The notes beneath the pieces are model-generated. The model did no database searches and was not told the DNA's origin. It was given only the letters and a program-made list of their open reading frames with translations. A DNA stretch of 35,107 nt, the filler included, from an uncultured Methanosarcinales archaeon (GTDB lineage Archaea > Nanobdellota > Nanobdellia > Woesearchaeales > CAYNLP01), in assembly GCA_964398115.1 (NCBI GenBank). It is 17 parts of 17 records of this genome, joined end to end, with 100 filler letters (N's around TTAATTAATTAA, not from the genome) between each part and the next. Parts side by side here need not be neighbours in the genome. Positions count along the whole stretch, not along the records: positions 16,859 to 18,836 come from CAYNLP010000058.1; positions 18,937 to 20,874 come from CAYNLP010000059.1; positions 20,975 to 22,882 come from CAYNLP010000060.1; positions 22,983 to 24,771 come from CAYNLP010000061.1; positions 24,872 to 26,644 come from CAYNLP010000062.1; 12 more parts are not named here. One strand, 5' to 3'. Positions 17,164-25,785 of the stretch are shown in pieces. The position numbers were made by a program, and so were the translations under genes. Numbering within the stretch: the stretch's first letter is position 1; each line of letters starts with the position of its first letter.

Positions 17164-17402
17164 CCGTCTCCTACGACCCACGCTTTAAGAAGAAAGTAAA
17201 GAAACTGGACGGCGACAGGAAATCCAGAGTAAAGAAGCAGATAAGGAAAATCGTTGATAACCCCGAAGCAGGGAAGCCGATGAGGTACGCCCGGAAAGGA
17301 ACGAGAGAAGTCTACATAGGCAGCTACCGGCTTTCCTACATCTATTTTGAAAAGAAAGAAGAGATAGTCCTATTAGACGTTTATCACAAAGACGAGCAAT
17401 AG
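17157..17402 (+). CDS. RelE/ParE family toxin
   Basis: F.K.VKKLD....RVKK.I..I..NP..GKPMR.....REVYIGSYRL.Y......VYHKDE. Confidence 0.88.
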   Translation: MVTVSYDPRFKKKVKKLDGDRKSRVKKQIRKIVDNPEAGKPMRYARKGTREVYIGSYRLSYIYFEKKEEIVLLDVYHKDEQ

Positions 17403-17408
17403 AAGACA

Positions 17409-17705
17409 TCATTCCGTTCCTTGCAATACAATCCCTTCGTCGAAGCCACCTCGTTTTTCCTTCTTCACTTTTCTTAAATGCTCTAATTGTTCAAAACTTT
17501 TACCCTTATATTCGAGTATGGCTCTGATGACCTCTTGAATGTCTGCTAATTCTTCAATGTCATTGCTTTCTCTAAACTCATTCACTTCCTCAATCAACTT
17601 ATCTTTCAAACGAGAAAAGTATTCTTCTTTATCTGCAACGTGTATTTTAGGAGTTTCGTCATCGCTTTCTATAATTTCAGGAATTTCGTCACGAACAAGC
17701 TTCAT
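17409..17705 (-). CDS. Phosphoribosyl-ATP pyrophosphohydrolase-like (MazG superfamily) protein
   Basis: KLVRDEIP.II...KLIEEV.EF....EELADI.EV...K..KRGGF. Confidence 0.88.
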   Translation of the reverse strand: MKLVRDEIPEIIESDDETPKIHVADKEEYFSRLKDKLIEEVNEFRESNDIEELADIQEVIRAILEYKGKSFEQLEHLRKVKKEKRGGFDEGIVLQGTE

Positions 17706-17748
17706 AACTAAAAGCTAAGGATATAGAATAAATAAATTTTATGGAAAA

Positions 17749-17767
17749 CCAGAATCAAGGATTCTGG
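17749..17767. repeat. Intergenic hairpin with GAATC/GATTC core
   Basis: CCAGAATC-AAG-GATTCTGG. Confidence 0.7.
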
Positions 17768-17775
17768 AAAAGCTT

Positions 17776-18177
17776 TTATTCTGAAAAGTAGCTATCTCTT
17801 TCTTCTCTCATATCATCCCAGACTTGAATTGCCTCTCTACTATAATCGGATAATCTCCATCCTGGCACTCTTTCGAACCTGACAGCTTCAAACCTTAACG
17901 AATCTGACTGTGATCGTTCAAATTCGAATCCGGAACCTGAAGCCATACTTACCTGTCCTTCTAGCCCTACACCTTTAAGTTCGGCCGAACCATCTTCTTT
18001 ACTTCCTTGTAAGCTTCCAACGCTTTCTCTACGACTAGCAGTGTAACTCAACCTGTAGTTATGATTCGCAGCAAAACTCGCTAAGAAACTTTTGGCTTCC
18101 TCCAAAACTATATTTCTAGGGAATTCTATTAACGTCCTCTGAGCGACGTCATCCAAACTCTCTTCAGCTTGCCTCAT
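17776..18177 (-). CDS. Hypothetical protein
   Basis: 133-aa ORF with a TTTAAAA box upstream. Confidence 0.65.
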   Translation of the reverse strand: MRQAEESLDDVAQRTLIEFPRNIVLEEAKSFLASFAANHNYRLSYTASRRESVGSLQGSKEDGSAELKGVGLEGQVSMASGSGFEFERSQSDSLRFEAVRFERVPGWRLSDYSREAIQVWDDMREERDSYFSE

Positions 18178-18696
18178 ACAAGTTATCTAAGAATTTTTGA
18201 TTTTAAACATTTATGATACCACAACCCAGAAACAAAAAAATCGTAGAAGCCAGCAACAAAGTTGTAGGGGTTGACGAGGGAAGCTCGCAACAGTTAATCT
18301 TCATCAATATATTTCTGTATTTCTTCCATCGTTACCTTAATCTGAAGAGATTCTACAATAAGAATATAAATAAGTACAGACTGAGCTAAAAAGAACAAAA
18401 GAAAAACATCACTTCTAACCCTTCCAAATCTTCATCCCATTCATCTAAATCCTGCAGTCTNNNNNNNNNNTTACTTACAAAATCCGGTAAATCTCCATTA
18501 ACCATTATACAACCTTACTGGATAGCTAGAAAGTGTTCCTGAAACTCCTTTACCCTCCATAATCTAAACTTAATACAAGATGGTATTTTAAATTTTCTCT
18601 CGTAATATTGATTAAAGACTATTTATTTTCTATATTAACAATAATTATTTCATAACGGCGGAAATTTAATATAAAGAAAAACGTCATAACAACCAT

Positions 18697-18836
18697 ATGC
18701 TTGGAGATTCAGTGGATTTTAATCGGGTTGTGAGGTTAGTAAAGGAATGGTCTCCTTCTGAGGAGTATGATCATGAAAGGAAATTTCAGAAAGAGTTACA
18801 GGAGTACTTGGATGAAAAGCTTAACAGTTCGCAAGG
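18697..18836 (+). CDS. Hypothetical protein, possibly a PD-(D/E)XK nuclease N-terminus (truncated)
   Basis: E..FQ..L..YL helix typical of restriction-endonuclease-like folds; catalytic residues not in the contig. Confidence 0.4.
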
Positions 18837-18936
18837 NNNNNNNNNNNNNNNNNNNNNNNNNNNNNNNNNNNNNNNNNNNNTTAATTAATTAANNNNNNNN
18901 NNNNNNNNNNNNNNNNNNNNNNNNNNNNNNNNNNNN

Positions 18937-18998
18937 AGTACGGATTAAACCTTGCCAGCCTAGTTTTAGGTTTTATCGCAGGAGCAATACTAACATGA
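18937..18998 (+). CDS. C-terminal TM segment of a membrane protein (5'-truncated)
   Basis: ..YGLNLASLVLGFIAGAILT* overlapping the next ATG. Confidence 0.55.
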
Positions 18999-19369
18999 GC
19001 AACGAAGAAGAGAGCTACAAAAAATACGACCACGCCAGCTCACTATCAAGGCAGATAGAAAGAGTAAACGAACAAATAGTCAGAGGATTATCTGGCAGCG
19101 AATACAGCGATAAAGACGACTACCTAGACAGTATAATCCTAGGTTTAATGACGATAGAAAATTTTTACCTGCACACATTTACAGACGAAAACTATAACAG
19201 AATCTCCAACAACAAAGTTTTTGGCTACAATACTAGAAAGAAACTTGAATTCATAAATAAAGCACAAAGACATCTTTCTAAATTAATGGATGAAGAAGAA
19301 CTATTCTTTACAACATACAAAAAGGAAAAACTCGGAAGCAAAGACAAAAAAAACAGGGATAACAAATGA
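18995..19369 (+). CDS. Hypothetical viral protein
   Basis: ATGA overlaps at both ends. Confidence 0.7.
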   Translation: MSNEEESYKKYDHASSLSRQIERVNEQIVRGLSGSEYSDKDDYLDSIILGLMTIENFYLHTFTDENYNRISNNKVFGYNTRKKLEFINKAQRHLSKLMDEEELFFTTYKKEKLGSKDKKNRDNK

Positions 19370-20391
19370 AACCGCTTAATGAATACATTAAAAATCCTAA
19401 CCTTGATACAGGCGGAGCCCTTGTAACTATTACAGGTCCGCCAGGCTGCGGTAAAACCAACTCTTTAACGCAATTGGCAATAGAACGTTTCGAGGAAGAT
19501 CATAAAGTTCTGTGGAGAGCTACGGAGCAAAGCCAGTGGGCTAATTTTTTGGCGAATGATATTCCGGTAGTGGTTTGGAAAGATGAAAACATTGAATCTG
19601 TTGATGCATGGGTAAGTAAGCAGAATGGAACTGAAAACCATGTTGATCTTGAGGAAAAAGTTGAAGCGGTAAAAAGTTTTTCAAGTGCTGATGAACTGGT
19701 GGGAAATGCTTGGAAAGATGCTGTGAATATTGTAATGGTTCCTGGTTTGCTTGGTGATACGAACGAAAAATATTATTTCAGGAAAACATGGATTAATTTA
19801 TTGCAGGGTCTTGTTGAGAGAAGGAATGTGGCCGAGCCCTACAGTTTTTTCACGGACGAAGGAGGCGATATTTGGCCTTGTCAACAGCAGCTTCGGAAAC
19901 CGTTTTACAAATTGGTGGTTGAAGATACGCCGCCTCTTTTAGCGCAGCTTCGGAAGCAAATGGTTTTCATGTATGTTGCTGCTCACAGCACTCATGATTT
20001 GCATTATTTTCTGTGGAAGATTAAAGGGAATACTATTGGTTATATGAGTAATTCTAATGTTAAGCAGCAGATTCATTCGGAGGTTATGCAGTCTAAGGTT
20101 AACCAGTTAAGTCGAGGTGAGATGGTTGTACCGCCTAAAGACCGGGCTGAATGGCTTTTGGCTTATGAGGCTGAGGATTTAAATTGGGTGGGTAAGGGTA
20201 GTAAGTTCCGTATGGAGTGGACGGGTGATATACCGGATGTTCTTGGTGAGGATGAAAGTGATGAGGGACAGGATGATGGTCGTTTGAATAAGGCTGAGGC
20301 TGCTAAAACAGCTTGGGAGAACAGTGATGAGTCGCAAGAGTTTTGGGCGGAAAAGTTTGGTGTTACGCAGTCTGCTGTAGCTCAAAGTTAG
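19366..20391 (+). CDS. P-loop NTPase, pleolipovirus ORF8-like, with C-terminal HTH
   Basis: GG....TGPPGCGKT, VLWR....SQW, Walker B FTDEGGDIWP, RK......AHS..D.H; C-terminal SQEFWAEKFGVTQSAV. Confidence 0.7.
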   Translation: MKPLNEYIKNPNLDTGGALVTITGPPGCGKTNSLTQLAIERFEEDHKVLWRATEQSQWANFLANDIPVVVWKDENIESVDAWVSKQNGTENHVDLEEKVEAVKSFSSADELVGNAWKDAVNIVMVPGLLGDTNEKYYFRKTWINLLQGLVERRNVAEPYSFFTDEGGDIWPCQQQLRKPFYKLVVEDTPPLLAQLRKQMVFMYVAAHSTHDLHYFLWKIKGNTIGYMSNSNVKQQIHSEVMQSKVNQLSRGEMVVPPKDRAEWLLAYEAEDLNWVGKGSKFRMEWTGDIPDVLGEDESDEGQDDGRLNKAEAAKTAWENSDESQEFWAEKFGVTQSAVAQS

Positions 20392-20431
20392 TTTTTCGTA
20401 AATTATTTTCGATATTAATGAATTAGAATAT

Positions 20432-20486
20432 TATAACAATGTTATACACACGTACACGCGCACGGGGAATATAACGATGTTATATT
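20432..20486. promoter_or_regulatory. Two copies of the palindrome TATAAC-RAT-GTTATA
   Basis: Copies at 20432-20446 and 20470-20484 (the second extends to 20468-20486). Confidence 0.7.
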
Positions 20487-20539
20487 TCTGCGGTGTATCC
20501 TTTGCTTTTTTGAATAGGGGTAGAATAGTACAATAAGTA

Positions 20540-20797
20540 ATGAGTTCAAGACGTAAATTAAAGAGCGAAATACTGGATACGAAAAGAAAGCTGCAAAAGG
20601 CTCGGAATGGAGACTCTCGGATAAATGTAGGAAGACAACAAGAGAAACTTGGGGAGCTAGCCGAAGAATGGGAAGAAGAAACAGGTTCAGTACGGACTCC
20701 TTCACTTGAAGAGGATTCAAATGAAATGGGTTTAACTCTAGGCTCAGGGCAGAATAATAAAGACGAAGAAGATCTTTTAGGTGGTGGATTGTTTTAA
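20540..20797 (+). CDS. Hypothetical viral protein
   Basis: 85-aa ORF; the next ORF starts immediately after. Confidence 0.6.
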   Translation: MSSRRKLKSEILDTKRKLQKARNGDSRINVGRQQEKLGELAEEWEEETGSVRTPSLEEDSNEMGLTLGSGQNNKDEEDLLGGGLF

Positions 20798-20874
20798 ATG
20801 ACAGAAGTTGAGCAAACCCAGGAAGAACAGTTTTTGATGGAGAAACTAAGGCAGCAGTGCCGAAACCACGGCTT
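20798..20874 (+). CDS. Hypothetical protein (truncated)
   Basis: GGTGG SD; MTEVEQTQEEQFLMEKLRQQCRNHG.. Confidence 0.5.
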
Positions 20875-20974
20875 NNNNNNNNNNNNNNNNNNNNNNNNNN
20901 NNNNNNNNNNNNNNNNNNTTAATTAATTAANNNNNNNNNNNNNNNNNNNNNNNNNNNNNNNNNNNNNNNNNNNN

Positions 20975-22097
20975 GCTTATCTGTAGTTTGGATGTGAATT
21001 TGATAGCGTATAGGGTTCCGAAGCACAAGAGTATTAATTGTAAGGGGAACCGTAGTGCGCCGAATACCCTGTCTGGTGCGAAGTGCGTTCCTAGTATAGG
21101 AATTGTTAAGAGGTAGTGCCAACCTCCTATATATGCTGCTAGTAATAATAGTTTGAGGTAGGTGTGTAGTTTTTCTCTTTTACTGTCTCTTACGAAGAAG
21201 ATGCNNNNNNNNNNAAAAGGTTATTGTTAGTAATGCTTGGCTTAGGTTGAAGAAGTTAAACCAGTCCAGTATAGGTTTGACTAAGTTATCCATTGCTATG
21301 GAAAGTTGTGTGTAGTCAGGCCAGTCATATGTTGTAACGTGATTTTTGATTTGAAGTTTTTCTACAAAAATCACTCTGTAGAGGTATGGCATTGAAATGG
21401 CTATAAATGTAGAGTAAAATATTGCGCCTTGTTTTAAAACGTGTAAGTATTGTTTTTCCTGCCCGTATTCTTTCCAAAGGTAGTGAGTGAATATCAGGGC
21501 TGAGAATATACCTATGGCTATGAGCGCGTTTAGATTTGTGAGTGCTGTTAAACCTGCTATAAAACCACTTAAGATAAGGGTTTTTTGATCTTTGTTCTGG
21601 AAGTATTGGTAGAAGGTTAATATGAATATGGTCATCATCACGATTTGTGCGAAGGGTTTATTCTTGTGTATAGGAAATTGGGCCGTAAAAAATATGGCTC
21701 CTAATAGACTGATGTGTTTTGGAAAGTTTTTTTTGAGAAAGTAATATATTAGGGGAGTTAAAGTTGCTATGAGGAGGATGTTGAAATAAGAGGAGCTTAG
21801 TATGAGGGGTGTTCCCGTTATAGTGCTGAACGCTACTACTAGGATATGGTAGAACCAAGGCGCTTGTGGTGTTTCCCCCGGAATGTTGGCGTCATTGAAA
21901 TTCAGATTTTCAATATTTTTCATAATGCCGTGGTGCATATAATAGTCGCCGCCTAAGATAGGACTGGGTAGTTGTTGGAAGTCTGAGAATAGTGTGGTGA
22001 AACTAATTATTTGTGCAATTATAACTGTCCAGAGGATTATTTCCTGCCAGCTTATTTGAGAGAGTATTCTTTTCAAGTAGTTAAGAGGTGTTTTCAT
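20975..22097 (-). CDS. GT-C/PMT-like multi-pass membrane glycosyltransferase (internal N gap, 3'-truncated)
   Basis: TM1 then GGDYYMH loop, P..YHIL and many TMs; resumes after the gap as ..IFFVRDSKREKLHTYLKLLLLAAYIGGWHYLL..; coupled to aglB. Confidence 0.6.
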
Positions 22098-22882
22098 CCC
22101 AGTCCACTTTCCATATTATTATTCTTTGACCGTTGAAAGCGGTTCGGTCTGAGAACTTGTTGAAGTGTTCCATGTATCTTCCGTTGAGGAAGAATAGTTT
22201 GGTGAACGTGCTGTTTGCTAGTGGTTCGTTCATTATCATTATCCTGTTCTGTTGTGTGTCTATCAGCATGGCGTATGGGAATTGTGAACTGTTTGTTTGA
22301 TACATTTCTATGCTTTCATTTCCTGCTATCGCCCACGCTCCTGGATTTCCTTGTTGTCCTCCTAGTTTCTGTCCGGTTTGTCTGTCGTAAACTCCAAAGC
22401 TTACCGTGCTGTTTTGGATGTTCTCGAGGTCTATCGTGGCTTTTTCTATCACGCTGGCTTGTCCTCCTTGGTTTCCTAAGCTCATACCCAAGTTGCAAAC
22501 CATGGTTTCGTTTTGTCGGTTGCAAGAGTTCCAATTGTTTGTAACGTATTGCGGCCACGGACTTATCCACGCGTTTACTTCATCGCTAGAAGTCAATGAG
22601 TTCGCTTTTTGGTATAATCGGTTGGCTTTGCTTTGGCTGTATCCAAACTCTTCCGTCATGTGGTCGATTGCTTGCTGTGTTGGTTGGTGTCTGAGTTCTT
22701 CGTAGATATACGCTCTTTCAAAGCTCCAACTTCCGAAGTGTCCCCAAACGCCTCCTTTTCCAACCATGTCTCCGCTGGTTATGAAGTAGTTCTCAGGAGG
22801 TTTGCAATGACTCCATTTCAACACGCTGTTAACTTCTTCTGTGGTTAGTCCTTTGTCTCCTAGTATTTGCTTGGCTGTTTCT
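22081..22882 (-). CDS. aglB: Oligosaccharyltransferase AglB/STT3, C-terminal domain (5'-truncated)
   Basis: ITSGDMVGK (DK motif) GGVWGHFGSW, STFTKLFF and terminal IIIWKVDW. Confidence 0.75.
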
Positions 22883-22982
22883 NNNNNNNNNNNNNNNNNN
22901 NNNNNNNNNNNNNNNNNNNNNNNNNNTTAATTAATTAANNNNNNNNNNNNNNNNNNNNNNNNNNNNNNNNNNNNNNNNNNNN

Positions 22983-23441
22983 GTTTAAATCTATCTCAGT
23001 CTGCGATGGTAAAGGTGATTCTTTGTAGAATACTTCACTTTCATTCATAAAAATCCAATAACCCTTCTCGCGACTGAAATACTTTAAATCATTGATAACC
23101 CATGAGGGTAGATTCGGATTGTATACTTTCCAAGCATTTGTGGAATCCTGGTTGTAGGTGAAAACAGAGCTGAGATTAGTGATTTTGTTAAGCACATATT
23201 TTTTCTCTTCAAATGTTCCCACGCAGAAGAATGACACTAGGTTTTTCCCTTTTCTCAAGGTGAAATTACATGCGTTTTCCGGGGCTTCTGTGATGTTTAC
23301 AGTTGTTCCTGTTGTGGCCATACCGGTTATTTGATTGTATATTCCGGGGCTTATTTTTTGTAGTGTTAATATTCCTCCGATTGCTAGTGTAATGAACATT
23401 ACTGATAGCATTATGACTTGGTGATGGTGGTCAACTTTCAT
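22983..23441 (-). CDS. Secreted/surface protein (truncated)
   Basis: N-terminal TM followed by ITGMAT (motif frequent in DPANN surface proteins); L..G.NLVS, W..YNP and GYWI surface-domain motifs. Confidence 0.65.
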
Positions 23442-23607
23442 CTTCTCCTCCTAGTTTTTCAAAGTCTATGTACCAACGGTCTTTTTCTTCATCGTATTCG
23501 AATATGACTTCGTGTTTGTCTTCTAGGTCTAGTGAGAAGAGTATTGGTTTGGGTATTGTTGTTTCGTAAGAACTGCCTCTGGTGTAGAGTTTGCGTCGGA
23601 ATTCCAT
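23431..23607 (-). CDS. 58-aa AbrB-like (swapped-hairpin) regulator (absent from ORF track)
   Basis: MEFRRKLYTRGSSYETTIPKPILFSLDLEDKHEVIFEYDEEKDRWYIDFEK..; overlaps the start of the surface-protein gene. Confidence 0.7.
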   Translation of the reverse strand: MEFRRKLYTRGSSYETTIPKPILFSLDLEDKHEVIFEYDEEKDRWYIDFEKLGGEDES

Positions 23608-23641
23608 CTTTTTTCTTTTCTTTTTTTGTGTTTATTTAAAC

Positions 23642-23674
23642 TTTACTTATAAGTTTACTTATTTTTTTACTTAT
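23642..23674. repeat. Three TTTACTTAT repeats, 12-bp period
   Basis: Copies at 23642, 23654 and 23666 in a divergent promoter region. Confidence 0.7.
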
Positions 23675-23771
23675 ATTTAGATTTAAGGGTATAATTTATT
23701 ACTATTAGTATACAAAATACTATATCAAGGGAAATATTTATATACTAGTTATTATACAAACTTGGTTTAAC

Positions 23772-24200
23772 ATGACAATACTGTTCGACCAGTTCAACCT
23801 ACCAGACAGTATATACGATATAGTATTCGCCACTAAACAACAAGTAATCGTGGCAAAACTCCTGGTCGAACAAATGAAACAACACGACGGCGAAATAGGA
23901 AAAACAGAAATGAGCATGTTCGCCACCGCACTACACGAAGGAACACTAGTAGAAGGAAACGACGAAAGCAAAATACCAATAGAAAAAGGAGAAGAAGTCA
24001 GCTACAACAAAAGACAATTTTACGACAGAATACTAACACCGATGAAAACAATGGGTATGATAGACTACGACATGTATAAGAAAACTTACAAACTCAGTGA
24101 AAAATTCAACAAGAACATGATGAAAATCGGGCTTATGTGGCTCCAAGAACTAAGGAGCGCCCCGATGAACTTCGACATTGTTAACAAAGATGACAAGTGA
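23772..24200 (+). CDS. Hypothetical protein, probable winged-helix fold
   Basis: KRQFYDRILTPMKTMGMIDYD..KKTYKLS resembles a recognition helix plus wing. Confidence 0.7.
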   Translation: MTILFDQFNLPDSIYDIVFATKQQVIVAKLLVEQMKQHDGEIGKTEMSMFATALHEGTLVEGNDESKIPIEKGEEVSYNKRQFYDRILTPMKTMGMIDYDMYKKTYKLSEKFNKNMMKIGLMWLQELRSAPMNFDIVNKDDK

Positions 24201-24332
24201 GGGAAACGAAGAGAAGGCAGTGGTGACTTTATCAAGTTCACACTGATCGAGCTCTCCTGCCGCCTACTTCTCTTCTCAAACCAACCCTCCCTCCCTAACC
24301 CACCACCCCAAAAGCGGCAGGGGGCTTAATCA
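24199..24332 (+). ncRNA. Candidate structured leader or ncRNA
   Basis: GAAGAGAAG/CTTCTCTTC stem, inner hairpin, and a crossing ~19-bp helix 24244-24263/24314-24332 with G-U pairs. Confidence 0.45.
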
Positions 24333-24340
24333 CTTTCACA

Positions 24341-24544
24341 ATGAAACCACCAACACCCCCAAAGGAATTACAAAGAACGAAACAGCAACAGCAGAGAGAC
24401 GAAGACACGATAGAAGTAGAAAGAAGTGAAACCGTCGAAGTAGTCTTACTAGAATACGAAGACGAAGATGTAAGCTTCACGGTAAGCTTCGAATTCGTGT
24501 ACACATACACTCAGACTTTCGACAAAGAACAAGTACTAGCATAG
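24341..24544 (+). CDS. Hypothetical protein
   Basis: 67-aa ORF with codon style like the upstream gene; acidic beta-rich C-terminal half. Confidence 0.5.
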   Translation: MKPPTPPKELQRTKQQQQRDEDTIEVERSETVEVVLLEYEDEDVSFTVSFEFVYTYTQTFDKEQVLA

Positions 24545-24578
24545 AAAAAACTAAGATAGAGAAAGTCTGAAACTCTTG

Positions 24579-24771
24579 CTAATCTTTTCTAACATCACAT
24601 AATATTTCACTAACTTTTTTACAACCCTGAGTCAACCTCGGCCCAGGACGATTCAACAATGAATCGTTAACTGAATAAACCCTATCTTCCTTAACGGCCT
24701 TCAAATCATCCCACCCCTCGCGCTCTGCAATCCTATCTGTATTATCACCAGCGCCAAAACCACACCAATGC
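24579..24771 (-). CDS. BtuF-like cobalamin/iron ABC substrate-binding protein C-terminus (absent from ORF track)
   Basis: ..HWCG....RIAEREGWDDLKAVKEDRVY.....LLNRPGPRL..G. Confidence 0.75.
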
Positions 24772-24871
24772 NNNNNNNNNNNNNNNNNNNNNNNNNNNNN
24801 NNNNNNNNNNNNNNNTTAATTAATTAANNNNNNNNNNNNNNNNNNNNNNNNNNNNNNNNNNNNNNNNNNNN

Positions 24872-25114
24872 TTGTTTGGTTTGTCTTTAGCTGTAACTTT
24901 GGATATTTTGGCTTTGATTTGTTTTAGCTCTTTTTCTTTTAACATGGGTTGGTTTGGTTTGTCTTGTTATATTTTCATATCTAGTGGTGAGTGGTTGAAT
25001 CAGTTGTTGTTTAACTCGGATTATTTCATAGTTCCATTATTGTTGAATTGCGTTGTAGGGATTTTGGTAGGTGCCTTTGTTGGTTATTTCATTCAGAAAG
25101 TTAGAGGTAAATGA
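24872..25114 (+). CDS. Membrane protein (5'-truncated)
   Basis: Hydrophobic ORF ending with a basic tail. Confidence 0.5.
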   Translation: MFGLSLAVTLDILALICFSSFSFNMGWFGLSCYIFISSGEWLNQLLFNSDYFIVPLLLNCVVGILVGAFVGYFIQKVRGK

Positions 25115-25167
25115 TATTTTTTTTACAAATCAAACAATATTTAAACATAATAGATATCCTTACGTTT

Positions 25168-25440
25168 ATGGATGCAGATACTTTAGGACAGCTCGTTGAA
25201 GCTGCAACGGTAACAGATTTCGACTCCGTAAAGGAGACAACAACATACCTTTCTCAAATACTGCCAAGTAAAGACTCAGTAAAAGAACACCTAACCGCAG
25301 CAGGTATAGGATTAGGAATGGCAGCCAGTGCAGCTATCACACCTTTAATAAAGAGTAAATGGTTGGACAGAAACTACGAAAGTGAAGGCATACAAGGAAG
25401 TTACTTCAGCCGAAGAGATCCAGTAAGTGAAAATTATTAA
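25168..25440 (+). CDS. Hypothetical protein with one TM-like segment
   Basis: ATG 25168 downstream of a TTTAAA box. Confidence 0.6.
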   Translation: MDADTLGQLVEAATVTDFDSVKETTTYLSQILPSKDSVKEHLTAAGIGLGMAASAAITPLIKSKWLDRNYESEGIQGSYFSRRDPVSENY

Positions 25441-25467
25441 ATACTTCTAAAAACACGTTAGTAATCT

Positions 25468-25782
25468 ATGGGATCGGTTGAAGACTTGATGGAAGCTGTT
25501 ATGCAACAAGCTAGAGAGAAAGATTTCGGTACGGAACCTGAAGAAGTTAATGTCGGCGAAAAAATGGCCTTACTACATTCTGAAGTGAGCGAAGCATTCG
25601 AAGCTTACAGACATGACAACATTGAAGGAAAGGACGGGTTCAAAGAAGAACTTGGAGACGTACTACAAAGAACTCTCCACATCTGCGGAATTTTCAACAT
25701 AGACATAGAAAAAGAAATCTATGACAAAATCGAGAAGAATAAAGACCGCGAGTGGGACTGGGACAAGCTCAACGAGGAATAA
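25468..25782 (+). CDS. MazG-like NTP pyrophosphohydrolase
   Basis: ALLHSEVSEAFEA.R.....EELGDV. Confidence 0.85.
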   Translation: MGSVEDLMEAVMQQAREKDFGTEPEEVNVGEKMALLHSEVSEAFEAYRHDNIEGKDGFKEELGDVLQRTLHICGIFNIDIEKEIYDKIEKNKDREWDWDKLNEE

Positions 25783-25785
25783 AAA

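Larger units (their letters stand above)
18937..20874 (+). mobile_element. Pleolipovirus-like viral fragment
   Basis: TM-protein end, small ORF and pleolipovirus-type NTPase, all ATGA-coupled. Confidence 0.6.

Noticed and set aside
18180..18560. Short minus-strand ORF remnants
   Set aside because: Fragmentary, interrupted by an N gap, and of no recognisable family
21180..21214. Apparent stop or frameshift in the GT-C-like gene (also gaps at 18461, 32812 and 33876)
   Set aside because: Caused by placeholder N gaps of about 10 nt; the reading frame resumes after the gap
24648..24667. ACGATTCA-ACAA-TGAATCGT hairpin as a member of the GAATC family
   Set aside because: Arms are in the opposite order and lie inside the conserved BtuF-like coding sequence
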